64,000 nt of DNA from Candidatus Roizmanbacteria bacterium. GTDB lineage: Bacteria; Patescibacteriota; Microgenomatia; UBA1406; HO2-37-13b. Location: contig JAYPGZ010000003.1 of NCBI GenBank assembly GCA_038127095.1, positions 23,812-87,811 on the forward strand. The letters are read 5' to 3'. A program made the position numbers and the translations under genes. The notes beneath the pieces were generated by a model. It was not told the DNA's origin. It did no database searches and saw only the letters and a program-made list of their open reading frames with translations. Every line of letters begins with the position of its first letter. The stretch's first letter is position 1. Shown here piece by piece: positions 49,065-58,583 of the stretch.

Positions 49065-50066
49065 TTATTGACGGTTTAATCGTGATTGCTTTTTAATAGT
49101 ATATACCAAAAACTCAATCATACTCGCATATGCACTTAGGAATGCCGCAATTGGGTGAAACAACCACACGGCATTTCGGTCTCGAAAAAGTCCTAGTATT
49201 GAAATTACAATTGGACCGATGATACTAAAAGCATACATCGGCCAAAGTTTCATGCGCAAACGATTTTTTGCAGGAAGAAAGTTGGTTCGATATGAAATAC
49301 CGTAGTTTATTTTAGTGAGCGCATTGTGAGTTGCCCATCGTTGCTTTCGAATAAAGTGTTCCATACTTCGTGTTGTATGATGCATAACAGAAACTGCGTG
49401 CACATACGCTATTTTCTTCTTGTTTTTTATGAGCTTGATTATAGGGGAAATATCATCGAATGCATCTGACTTACTTCGTCGGTACGAGCCTCGAACCGTA
49501 ATTCCCTGAGCAAATGCAATCATGGGTGGCATTGGATTGGAATTATAGTCGTATACATCGTAAATTTCATTGCTGTATAGGGTTTTATACACTCTATGGA
49601 ATGTTCGACCATTTGCACTATCGCCATATACAAAATGGTTAAATGGATCAGTAAAAGTATTGTGGTACTTTGTAAACATGTTATCGCTTTTGTTACTGTC
49701 GTGTTTTGGAAATGCGGCAAAAATGCTTGGATCATTAAATACACTGACAATCATTTCAAAAGCACGTTTATTTTCGTAGATATTGTCTACCGCCAAAATC
49801 ATCATTAAGTCCCCTTTTGCATTTTCCATACCCAAGTTAACACCTGGTTCAGCTAGAACATCTTTGTTGTGAATAACTTTAGCTCCATATTTTTTTGCAA
49901 TTTTCACTGTTTTATCCTGAGAACCCCCGTCTATTACTAGGAGTTCAATACATTTTTGTGGATAGGTTTGGGAAGTGATTGACTTCATGAGCGTTGGCAT
50001 ATCGCGTTCATTGTTGAGTGTGGGGATAATTATAGAAAGAAGTGGAGTGAGTTTTTTTTGATTCAT
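49065..50066 (-). CDS. GT2 glycosyltransferase with C-terminal TM helices
   Basis: MNQKKLTPLLSIIIPTLNNERDMPTLMKSITSQTYPQKCIELLVIDGGSQDKT. The start is taken at ATG 50066. Confidence 0.85.
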   Translation of the reverse strand: MNQKKLTPLLSIIIPTLNNERDMPTLMKSITSQTYPQKCIELLVIDGGSQDKTVKIAKKYGAKVIHNKDVLAEPGVNLGMENAKGDLMMILAVDNIYENKRAFEMIVSVFNDPSIFAAFPKHDSNKSDNMFTKYHNTFTDPFNHFVYGDSANGRTFHRVYKTLYSNEIYDVYDYNSNPMPPMIAFAQGITVRGSYRRSKSDAFDDISPIIKLIKNKKKIAYVHAVSVMHHTTRSMEHFIRKQRWATHNALTKINYGISYRTNFLPAKNRLRMKLWPMYAFSIIGPIVISILGLFRDRNAVWLFHPIAAFLSAYASMIEFLVYTIKKQSRLNRQ

Positions 50067-50111
50067 AGCTTTACAAAGATGTATTGTAGCAAAATATTTA
50101 GTAAAATGATT

Positions 50112-51698
50112 ATGTTGAATATGTTTACTGTGTATCAAAAAAAATGGCTTACAGAACATTGGACCCGATTATTTTTTTTGTTTTTCTTAGTGATTGGATG
50201 TTATGTGTTAACGTTACGTCACGCATTTTTATCAGATGACATTGCGGTAATTCAAAACAATCCATTTGTAGGTGATTTTGGCTATGCGTTCGAGCGACCA
50301 CAAACAGCACTCCGATCGCTCCTTTATGCTTCTATTTATACAATGACAGGTGCAGATCCGGCTTTATTTAGGTTGTCAAATATTCTTTTTCATGCGGGCT
50401 CGGTTCTTCTTTTATACGCAATACTATCTACGTTCGGATATGAGCTTTTGGCGTTTTTTGCTGCGAGTATATTTGCGGTTCATCCGCTCGTTACTGAATC
50501 GGTTACCTGGATTTCAGGAGGTACTTATGCTCAGTATGGCTTTTTCTTTTTTGCAGCTTTTTTTATGTATCTAGTAAGTCGCAGAAGCATTGTTAGATTG
50601 ATTATGTCATTGTTTTTTTTCGTATTAGCGCTTTGGACGTCGGAAAAAGCAGCTGTATTTCCGCTGGTTCTTGTATGGTACGAAGTGTGCATAGGATCAA
50701 TCAAGAATAACTACAAGAAATTAGCACCCTATTTTGTATTTGCTGGTGCGCTGGCACTATTTTATGTTAGTCAAATTGGGCAGCGTATTGAATCGCTTCA
50801 AACTAATTTTTATCAGCAAAGCGGTGTAATGAATCCGTTGTATCAAGTTCCAATCGCACTTTCATCATATCTAATACTTTTTTTCGCACCGCTTTCGCTT
50901 ACTTTCTATCATTCAGAATTGGTTTTTTCGAAGTTTGAATTCTTCTTGAGATGTTCGTTGGTTGGCGTCTATTTCGTGATTGTTGCAATTACTTTTAAAC
51001 GGCAAAAATTTCTTGCATTTTGGCTTGGTGTCTTTACTATTGTTCTCTTGCCTACGCTTACTCCCCTTCCCATTGCATGGGTTGTTGCAGAACGGTATGT
51101 GTATGTTGGTATAGCCGCATTAAGTGTGGTGATTGCCTGGGGCCTTGTACAATTGGTTTTTAGTGAAAGCACAAAATATATTGGGTATGGTTTATTTGCA
51201 GGTATTATCTTATTATTGGTTCCTCGAACACTTGCTCGAAATATGGATTGGAGGAATCAGGATGTGCTGTGGCTTGCAACGGGAAAAACATCTCCGAGTA
51301 GTCCTCAAAATCATAATAACTTAGGAGATTATTACGCCAGAAAAGGAGACTTTGATACAGCTGTTGCAGAATTTAAACGCGCGATTGAGCTGAATCCTGG
51401 TTATGGCGATGCTTATCATAATTTGGCAAATACGTATCATCAGAAAAAAGAATATGACCAAGCGATTGTTTATTATCAAAAGGCGCTCATCGTAAATCCA
51501 AATTTATGGCAATCATACGTAGGTATGGGGTTTGCTTTGTTTAATCAGAACAAATATTCTGAAGCTGAGCAGGCTTTGCGGCAAGCACTAAGTATTGCTC
51601 CTCAGGAAGTGAGTATTCGCAAGAATCTAGCAATTGTGCTATTGAAGCTCCATAAAGACGCAGAGGCAAAGGAAATTATGCGACCGATTAGCCGGTAG
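50112..51698 (+). CDS. GT-C-like membrane protein with C-terminal TPR repeats (TMTC/PMT_2-like)
   Basis: ~11 TM helices followed by at least three TPR units (NNLGDYYARKGDFDTAVAEFKRAIELNPGYGDAYHNLANTYHQKKEYDQAIVYYQKALIVNPN...). The start is uncertain: track 50058, ATGs at 50079, 50106, 50112 and 50121. Confidence 0.7.
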   Translation: MLNMFTVYQKKWLTEHWTRLFFLFFLVIGCYVLTLRHAFLSDDIAVIQNNPFVGDFGYAFERPQTALRSLLYASIYTMTGADPALFRLSNILFHAGSVLLLYAILSTFGYELLAFFAASIFAVHPLVTESVTWISGGTYAQYGFFFFAAFFMYLVSRRSIVRLIMSLFFFVLALWTSEKAAVFPLVLVWYEVCIGSIKNNYKKLAPYFVFAGALALFYVSQIGQRIESLQTNFYQQSGVMNPLYQVPIALSSYLILFFAPLSLTFYHSELVFSKFEFFLRCSLVGVYFVIVAITFKRQKFLAFWLGVFTIVLLPTLTPLPIAWVVAERYVYVGIAALSVVIAWGLVQLVFSESTKYIGYGLFAGIILLLVPRTLARNMDWRNQDVLWLATGKTSPSSPQNHNNLGDYYARKGDFDTAVAEFKRAIELNPGYGDAYHNLANTYHQKKEYDQAIVYYQKALIVNPNLWQSYVGMGFALFNQNKYSEAEQALRQALSIAPQEVSIRKNLAIVLLKLHKDAEAKEIMRPISR

Positions 51699-51778
51699 CA
51701 TTTTCAAGTCACTTGATTTATTTGTTGTATAATATTCGTAACTTTTAAGGAAGAGTATATAATAAATTCTATTAAGCT

Positions 51779-52759
51779 ATGTCTCAACTCGAATCTAAAG
51801 CGCCAACACCACAGCTAGAAATTGGAGCTAATCTTGGATCATTTTTACCGTGGGTCATGGCAAATCAGGTTGCGGGAATAACCACGCGCCTCCAACAGGA
51901 AGGATTTGATTTCGTCAGCTTGTTACCTATGAGAAACACTGATCGTCCATCTGCTTTGCCTGTTTGGTTTTTGGAGAGAGCTTGGAATCCTACACCTCGT
52001 GCAGGATTAGGCGGACTTTTAGACGTGTTGCAAGGTGGCATGAGACACGATCCACAAGCGCCACACTTGCAAGATTGGATTGCATTTCCCAATGCTGATA
52101 CTGCCCAAAAGTTATTCGAGAAACAAATGGCCCAATATGGTGGCCAAGCGCATATTGTTAAGCACCGGCTTGATGATTCTTATTTTTCACATGAAACTGG
52201 AAATGTTAGATTGCGTTCCTTACTCGAGGTTAATCCTGGCATGACTGAATCGCGCGATGGATCTGTTGTGCCTTTAACGCTTGATAGACTCGTAGAGCAT
52301 TTGGAACGTGCAAGGGAAAGCTTGGCGACTGGTCAACCTCCTGAATTTGACGGGTGGATCAGAGATCAACTTTCAGGCGTCGTATTTGATACAAAACATA
52401 CACGTCGTAGTATTCGAGAAGATGAGGTGCCGAGAATTAGTAGGCCAGGTATGCCAACCCGAGAAAATTTAGGAGGATATAAACGGGTATTAAAGGCACT
52501 AGCTCCACATATACGATTAATTGATTTTCAGGGATTGAATCCTGAAGAACTACGTGCTACTCTCAGTAATCAAAGTACAGAGCTTGCGGATATGATCGGT
52601 GAATTAATGGAAAGGTTGCCTGGAGTGCCTATTCGATTGGAGATTCAACTGAGTCCTGTGGAGCATTTGGTTCCTGGGGCTGTAATGACTCAAATGTTAG
52701 AAGCGGCGGACTTTGTGCGAGAAGTGCACGGACAAATTTATCCGGAAAATAGCGCATAA
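51779..52759 (+). CDS. hypothetical cytoplasmic protein (326 aa)
   Basis: A long ORF with no competing frame. GC-rich (27/60 in the one line I counted). No family recognised. Confidence 0.6.
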   Translation: MSQLESKAPTPQLEIGANLGSFLPWVMANQVAGITTRLQQEGFDFVSLLPMRNTDRPSALPVWFLERAWNPTPRAGLGGLLDVLQGGMRHDPQAPHLQDWIAFPNADTAQKLFEKQMAQYGGQAHIVKHRLDDSYFSHETGNVRLRSLLEVNPGMTESRDGSVVPLTLDRLVEHLERARESLATGQPPEFDGWIRDQLSGVVFDTKHTRRSIREDEVPRISRPGMPTRENLGGYKRVLKALAPHIRLIDFQGLNPEELRATLSNQSTELADMIGELMERLPGVPIRLEIQLSPVEHLVPGAVMTQMLEAADFVREVHGQIYPENSA

Positions 52760-52929
52760 TTGATTGCTGAAAAACATGAAACTCGATTTGTTTCGAATCT
52801 TATTCTGCTGAGTGAGTGATTCAGGTATCGAAAATGTATTACAGTCACAATGTGCTGTCATACTATACAATTGATCATTTTTTTGTTCATGGATCTTTTA
52901 AGTTTCAAAGCGAATTTTCTTCAAAAACT

Positions 52930-54657
52930 CTATAGATTTACAGCAGAATCAACCAAGCGAATGGCGCTTTTTTCGGCGTCAACAGATGTCTTTGGCGCAA
53001 AGAAGTGCGAACTGAGTTTTCCAATAGCGTTTTTCCAGAACTTTGGTGAAACATAGCTAACTTTTGTTTGATTTGGATCAAAATCAAGCAAATGACCAAT
53101 GAGTTTTTTACCCATGTAGAATAGGTACATAAAATCATGTGGGCTTCGAATGCTTAAGATTTTTCGAGTAATATATTGTGGTGTCATGAAAGCTGAATAT
53201 AAATCTTGCTCGAGTTCGAGTATTTTTTTATGGGGGAATGGTAATTTCATGACTGGCTGACGCATATCGTAATCATCATAGTCTTCGGTAAGTAGCCATC
53301 CATTTTTTTTGCATTCTTTCCATAAAGGCGTTGCTGGATATGGAATTACAATGGTTGCCTGCATTGTTTCATAATATCCTTTTTTAAAAGCATACTTTGC
53401 AATTTCTATTGTACGTTTGGCATCTTTATATGTTTCCCATGGATACCCAAGCATGATTGTGATGTGTGGATCAAGACCAGCCTTTCGAGCCATCATGGGT
53501 CCTACAATTGCATCTGCTTCTTTTGTTCCTTTATCAAGTCGATCAAGCGTCTTTTGATTCCCCGATTCCATTCCGTATAGAATAAATCGGAAACCGGCTT
53601 TTCCCATTAAGTCATAATATTCCTGGTTTAGCGCGTTAAATCGCATATTGCATCCGTAACGGACCTTTTTGTTATAGCCGCTCTTTATGAGAAGTTCGCA
53701 AAATTTTTTCAATTTAGGACCAATGAACAATGTACCAGCGTCATCAAAAATTTCTTTTACACCGTATTTATCAACTACATGTTTTACTTCTGCAAACAGA
53801 CGTTCAGGAGAAAAGCTTCGATAGGAACCAATAGGATTTAAGGTATGGTCCCAAACACAGAATGTGCACCGATTCCACCAGCAGTCACGTCCTGAATACA
53901 TGTATGTTGCAGGTGTATATTTATAATTTCCATTTTCATAGGCGTACAATTCCCATTTCGTGAGTGTACGATCTACAAAAGGTAGATCGTCAAGCGTGTG
54001 TCGAATATTTGCTCCTTCTAACGTACATGCTACTCCCCCATTTTTTAGGTGAGTTTTAATTTTAGCGCGCGCTTTTATATCTTTGTCTCCTTGTCGCCAG
54101 TACACACCTGGCTCCAATTTTTCTCCGAGGTAGATGTGTTTCAGTAAATTTACTACAACAAAGTCGTAGTCTCCTCCGGTTATTAAGTAATCAACATTGC
54201 TATTTTCCATGGTTTCAATGGGGAACGCAGTAATGTGATCGCCGACCCAAATGAGTTTTAAATACGGGAGCTTCTTTTTTATGTCGTTAATTTGTTTCCA
54301 ATGTGTTTTCACAATGGGTGATTTAGTTTCTACAAGTAAGTAGTCTGCACCGGTGGCTGTCAGTTCATCAATCCAGGCGTCATATTTTTTTCGTTCTGAA
54401 ATGCCGTCCATCCAATAAACCTTAAATCCGTGTTTTTTTAAATTTGAAGCAGCATATGCGGGAACCATCGGATAAATGTATGTAGGAGCATTGAAATATT
54501 GAAACTGGCGATTTTGTGAAAGAAGCGGTGTTCCCTTTTTTGACTCAATTGGTGGATATCCAACAACTACAACAATATCCTTAAGTTTTTTAATCGCATC
54601 CCCCCGTGTGTTAGTTGTTTTGGTGAGTTTGGATTGTATTGTAGCTTTAGAAGGCAT
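52930..54657 (-). CDS. B12-binding-domain radical SAM enzyme (class B rSAM)
   Basis: N-terminal Rossmann-like cobalamin-binding domain (DYLLVETKSPIV...LIWVGDHITAFP...DYLITGGDYD) and the radical SAM cluster motif CWWNRCTFC (CxxxCxxC). The start is ATG 54657 or a TTG at 54699 abutting the ferredoxin stop. Confidence 0.85.
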   Translation of the reverse strand: MPSKATIQSKLTKTTNTRGDAIKKLKDIVVVVGYPPIESKKGTPLLSQNRQFQYFNAPTYIYPMVPAYAASNLKKHGFKVYWMDGISERKKYDAWIDELTATGADYLLVETKSPIVKTHWKQINDIKKKLPYLKLIWVGDHITAFPIETMENSNVDYLITGGDYDFVVVNLLKHIYLGEKLEPGVYWRQGDKDIKARAKIKTHLKNGGVACTLEGANIRHTLDDLPFVDRTLTKWELYAYENGNYKYTPATYMYSGRDCWWNRCTFCVWDHTLNPIGSYRSFSPERLFAEVKHVVDKYGVKEIFDDAGTLFIGPKLKKFCELLIKSGYNKKVRYGCNMRFNALNQEYYDLMGKAGFRFILYGMESGNQKTLDRLDKGTKEADAIVGPMMARKAGLDPHITIMLGYPWETYKDAKRTIEIAKYAFKKGYYETMQATIVIPYPATPLWKECKKNGWLLTEDYDDYDMRQPVMKLPFPHKKILELEQDLYSAFMTPQYITRKILSIRSPHDFMYLFYMGKKLIGHLLDFDPNQTKVSYVSPKFWKNAIGKLSSHFFAPKTSVDAEKSAIRLVDSAVNL

Positions 54658-54699
54658 ATGTATAAGTATGTCATGGGCTCGGACCGATGTCAAGACCAA

Positions 54700-54945
54700 T
54701 TACTTTGGGTAAATTTTTTTTCCTTTTTGCAAAACTTCAATTGCCAGTACCGGACACGACTGTGCCGCTGCAATTATTTTTTCCATTTTATCCCATTCAC
54801 CATCTTTAATAATTGCGATGTTTTCTTCGTCAAGGTCAAATGTGTTTGGTGCATATACAACACATGTTGCTGCAGAAATGCATGTTGGGCGTTTAATTCG
54901 GATCTCTACATCGCCTTTTTTTATGATTTGTACATCAGTTGCCAT
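54700..54945 (-). CDS. small ferredoxin (single-cluster Fer4_13/15-like)
   Basis: PTCISAATCVVYAPNTFDLDEENIAIIKDGEWD...AAAQSCPVLAIEV (C-x5-C ... CP). The start is probably ATG 54945 (MATDVQ); the track start is 54984. Confidence 0.75.
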   Translation of the reverse strand: MATDVQIIKKGDVEIRIKRPTCISAATCVVYAPNTFDLDEENIAIIKDGEWDKMEKIIAAAQSCPVLAIEVLQKGKKIYPK

Positions 54946-55969
54946 ATATTTTATCTTTTTTTGTAGTTCCGACATACAGGCCAATTAGAAATTGTATGCC
55001 GTACACTACATGTGTTAAAAATAAGACTATAGCTGATAGGATGGATATTTTCAAGCTCTTTGTGTTTTTGAAAGCATTTCCAAAGATAAAAATTAATAAA
55101 GCGAGGTAAATGAGCGCGGGAAATACGCCAACATAAAACCATAACGATGCATGTTTTGCTTGAAGCAGTAGCGCAATGCTGGCAATAGTCATGATTGTCA
55201 CATATGCTAAAAACAATGATGGGATCATGTATGTTATTCTGCGAGAGTTTTTATCGCCATGAGCAAAGAAGGCACCTCGGTGAAATCCATAGTTTCCGTG
55301 TTGTCGTAAATACCCTATCAAATCACCTCGTCGATGGTGGTAAATGGTCACAGAAGGATCGTAATATATTTTTTCTCCTAATTTATAGACAACATCTTCA
55401 CATAATTTACTATCTTCTCCAGGCCAAAATTCATTATTAAATCCACCGAGAGAATTAAATATGTCTTTTTTTATTATGAAATTCATAGATGGATAATCAT
55501 CTACATACCGGGCGGGTTGTTTAACAAAGCGATACGCAAATCCTCCACTTCCCACTTTAGTTTTAAGCACTTCATCAAAAACTCTTTCCCATAATGGAGC
55601 ATTTCTTGGAATAATGCCAGGTCCGCACACAACAGCAACGTGTTTTTTATTAAAAATATGAACTGCTTTTTTCAGCCAGTCTCCTTGTGGATACGCGTCA
55701 TCATCAATAAATGCTAAAATATCTCCCCGTGCGTTTTTGGCTCCTATATCACGTTTTAAAGCAGGTCTAGTTATTTTTTTAGTAGGAATTATTTTTAAGA
55801 ATGAATATTGTTTTAATAATTGAGTATCAAGTTTTGAAGATTCATTTGGTAATACGAGCACTTCAAAATCTTTAAATGTTTGAAGTTGGAACGCGGGCAA
55901 GCTTTCATGAATAAATGTATCAGATAGGTGAAGGAGCGGAATAATTACCGAAACCACAGGTTTTTTCAT
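54935..55969 (-). CDS. GT2 glycosyltransferase with C-terminal 4-TM domain
   Basis: VVSVIIPLLHLSD...FEVLVLPNES...FIDDDAYPQGDW...WPGEDSKLC. Confidence 0.85.
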   Translation of the reverse strand: MKKPVVSVIIPLLHLSDTFIHESLPAFQLQTFKDFEVLVLPNESSKLDTQLLKQYSFLKIIPTKKITRPALKRDIGAKNARGDILAFIDDDAYPQGDWLKKAVHIFNKKHVAVVCGPGIIPRNAPLWERVFDEVLKTKVGSGGFAYRFVKQPARYVDDYPSMNFIIKKDIFNSLGGFNNEFWPGEDSKLCEDVVYKLGEKIYYDPSVTIYHHRRGDLIGYLRQHGNYGFHRGAFFAHGDKNSRRITYMIPSLFLAYVTIMTIASIALLLQAKHASLWFYVGVFPALIYLALLIFIFGNAFKNTKSLKISILSAIVLFLTHVVYGIQFLIGLYVGTTKKDKIYGN

Positions 55970-56733
55970 ACGACAGTCCTTTTCCTTTTAGGAGAGTAAT
56001 AACGTAAAATATGGGCTCGGTAAAACAAAGCTAATGTGTCTACAAAAATACCGATTATAGAATGAACAGTTGCTGCGGAAGTTAGTGGGCTAATTGAATA
56101 ATCCAATTTTATTGGGGCTTCATAAATCCTTGTAAATCCCATACCTCGGGCCGCTATAAGCATTTCCAAATCCCCTGCAAATTTTTTTTCAAGGAGTCGT
56201 GGAAGAATTTTTTCTAGAACTGGTTTCCTAAATATTTTAATTCCGGCCTGTGTGTCTTGAACTTTTACTCCAAATAAACTTTTAACGAGCAAATAGTATC
56301 CATAGCTTAATATTCTTCGATTGAGAGGATAATGAACTTGTGATGCGGCATGTCGTTTTGATCCTACGATAATATCGGCGTTATACCATTCCATATGTTC
56401 CAATAACATAGATATTCCGTTTGGGTCAATTTCGAGCCCTGAATCAATAAACATCGCATAATCCCCTTTTGCATTTGCAAGACCTAGTCGGAGAGCCCAT
56501 GCTTTGCCCTGATTTTTTTTGTATGCGATAGTTTTTACTTTCGGGATATGTGCTGCTTTTATTTTTTTATACGACTCGTCTACCAACCCATCAATAACGG
56601 CAATTATTTCATGATCGTATCGAATTGCTTCAAGTACCCGAGAGATTTCTTTTAGATTTGCTACGATTGTTTTTTCTTGGCGATAAACAGGAACTATGAG
56701 GCTGAGAAAGTGAGTATTTTTTTTAGCATCCAT
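55966..56733 (-). CDS. GT2 glycosyltransferase (DPM1/polyprenol-phosphate GT-like, soluble)
   Basis: FLSLIVPVYRQEKTIVANLKEI...IIAVIDGLVDES...FIDSGLEIDP. TAAAAT lies 6 nt upstream of the ATG. Confidence 0.85.
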   Translation of the reverse strand: MDAKKNTHFLSLIVPVYRQEKTIVANLKEISRVLEAIRYDHEIIAVIDGLVDESYKKIKAAHIPKVKTIAYKKNQGKAWALRLGLANAKGDYAMFIDSGLEIDPNGISMLLEHMEWYNADIIVGSKRHAASQVHYPLNRRILSYGYYLLVKSLFGVKVQDTQAGIKIFRKPVLEKILPRLLEKKFAGDLEMLIAARGMGFTRIYEAPIKLDYSISPLTSAATVHSIIGIFVDTLALFYRAHILRYYSPKRKRTVV

Positions 56734-56889
56734 GCGAGTATTTTATACCTAATTTGGAAAAAAATCTACGTGTATGTTGTTGAAAAGCTCTGGAGTACAT
56801 TTTATATGTAGATGCAATGGGAAACCGATTGATTTGCACATGTCGTACTATGTGCTTTACATTGTAAATAAATGGTGATACAGTAAAGT

Positions 56890-57300
56890 ATGGTTTCACG
56901 GAAAATAGCTATTTTTACACTTACACTCGCTCTTGTTTTACTTTCCTTTGTTTCTGTGACAGGTGTTCATGCTGCTAAAAAAACTCCCAAAAAAACCTCT
57001 GTTATTGCAAGCGCTTCCGTTGCACGCAATAGACAATTTGTAACACTGTACATGGCTAATCTGCAAAAAACAAAGAGTGTTCAGTATGAATTAAGTTATA
57101 CAACTAATGGAAAACCTGAGGGAGCAGGAGGAACGATTGCTTCAAAAGGTAAATATAGTTTGAGTAGAAAATTGCTTTTCGGAACGTGTTCGAATAAAGT
57201 TTGTCGGTATCATACGAAAATTAAGAATGCGGTCCTTACAGTAATATTTACTTTTCAAGATGGAACAACTCTTACAAAAACGTTCAAGCTTCGCGTTTGA
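56890..57300 (+). CDS. small secreted protein (136 aa)
   Basis: Signal peptide MVSRKIAIFTLTLALVLLSFVSVTGVHA/AKK. TGATACAGT lies 5 nt upstream of the ATG. No family recognised. Confidence 0.6.
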   Translation: MVSRKIAIFTLTLALVLLSFVSVTGVHAAKKTPKKTSVIASASVARNRQFVTLYMANLQKTKSVQYELSYTTNGKPEGAGGTIASKGKYSLSRKLLFGTCSNKVCRYHTKIKNAVLTVIFTFQDGTTLTKTFKLRV

Positions 57301-58570
57301 TTGAATGTGAATAGATAAGAATATACGTAAAAGTTAAAGCTGCAGCAAAATATACGTTAAGAGCAAATATTGATTCTATTGAGTTTCGATAGAAAAACAA
57401 TAGTCCTATGTACGCAGGAATAGCAATTGGTAACAAAAGTGAGTACCTACTCATCTTTGCCAAGAAATAATTGTTGATAAAAAAAATTGTTGCATATAAT
57501 GATCCAAATAAACTTGCTGTCCCTAAGTACGGAACTACTGGTAAGAATCGATTTCCAAATAAAAGCGGAATAATTATATGTCCTGCATACGAATATGCTA
57601 CGTAGCTTGATAGTGCCACAATGAGCATTAAAACTATAAAACCCATCATGGTTTTTTGCTGATTTTTTTCTTCCTGACGGTTGGAAAAAAATACAAATGA
57701 TACTGATATTAGTGGAGTAAGAATATAGAGAATGATTTTTGCAAACAGTGACCACGACGCATACAAGCCGGCATCTGCATACGAGAAAAATTTCTTTACA
57801 AAAATAATATCAATATTATTAAAAGCAGTAATCGCAAGTAGCGAGAATAACGTGATTAGAAATTCGTGCGAAAATAAGATGGTGCGAACTTTTTTTTCAA
57901 ATAAGCTATTTTTTATTGTTGAAAGATGAAGCTTTTTGATGAAGTAGTAACGAGAAAGCAAAAAAGTAATTAGTAGCGAAAGAAGTAAAAATACGTAAAT
58001 CCCCAAAAGTTTAATAGTAAAAAAAGGAACAGTAAATATACCTAAGAATTTTACTATGACCCCTATGACACTGATTACAGAGAAAGTGACAAATAATTTT
58101 ACACTTTGTAAGAGTGCAGAATATAACAGTGAAATAAGCGTTAATAAAATGAAAGGGATAATAAAAGCAGCAGTTGTTAGTGATAGATTAGTAAGTCGCG
58201 GTATAAGTGGAATTGTTATGAATGAAATTACAATTAACGGAAATGCCCGTTTTGCTTGATGTATGAAAAATTGTTCGATTTGAATTGCTTTGCTAAATTT
58301 GTCTTCTTGTGCAGCGCCTATTTTTTGAATGACCAACATGCTCAAAACTACCATAGGAACTGAAGCAATGCTGGTATATGAAAACAATGCTGCAATTTCT
58401 CCAAGTCCCGATGGTCCGAGCGAATGTGCTACGGCACTCTGAAAAAGGTAATTGATTACATTCACGACCATTGATGCTCCGGTAACTACAATACCACCTT
58501 GAATAAATTCGTTTCCAAGTAATTTAGAAATCTTCTTACGCATAGATCTATTATATAGACTTGTCAGCAT
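57284..58570 (-). CDS. MOP-superfamily polysaccharide flippase (Wzx-like)
   Basis: 428 aa with ~12-14 TM helices. Confidence 0.6.
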   Translation of the reverse strand: MLTSLYNRSMRKKISKLLGNEFIQGGIVVTGASMVVNVINYLFQSAVAHSLGPSGLGEIAALFSYTSIASVPMVVLSMLVIQKIGAAQEDKFSKAIQIEQFFIHQAKRAFPLIVISFITIPLIPRLTNLSLTTAAFIIPFILLTLISLLYSALLQSVKLFVTFSVISVIGVIVKFLGIFTVPFFTIKLLGIYVFLLLSLLITFLLSRYYFIKKLHLSTIKNSLFEKKVRTILFSHEFLITLFSLLAITAFNNIDIIFVKKFFSYADAGLYASWSLFAKIILYILTPLISVSFVFFSNRQEEKNQQKTMMGFIVLMLIVALSSYVAYSYAGHIIIPLLFGNRFLPVVPYLGTASLFGSLYATIFFINNYFLAKMSRYSLLLPIAIPAYIGLLFFYRNSIESIFALNVYFAAALTFTYILIYSHSIKREA

Positions 58571-58583
58571 ATATAATGAGAAT

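Noticed and set aside
54634-54966. 110-aa plus-strand ORF rich in Cys and Phe
   Set aside because: It lies antisense to the ferredoxin gene and the rSAM start. Its composition reflects the complement of AT-rich coding sequence.
56774-56878. 34-codon ORF (MLLKSSGVHFICRCNGKPIDLHMSYYVLYIVNKW) in the 56734-56889 spacer
   Set aside because: It overlaps the extended -10 of the 56890 gene, has no signals of its own and shows no compositional anomaly, so it is likely chance.
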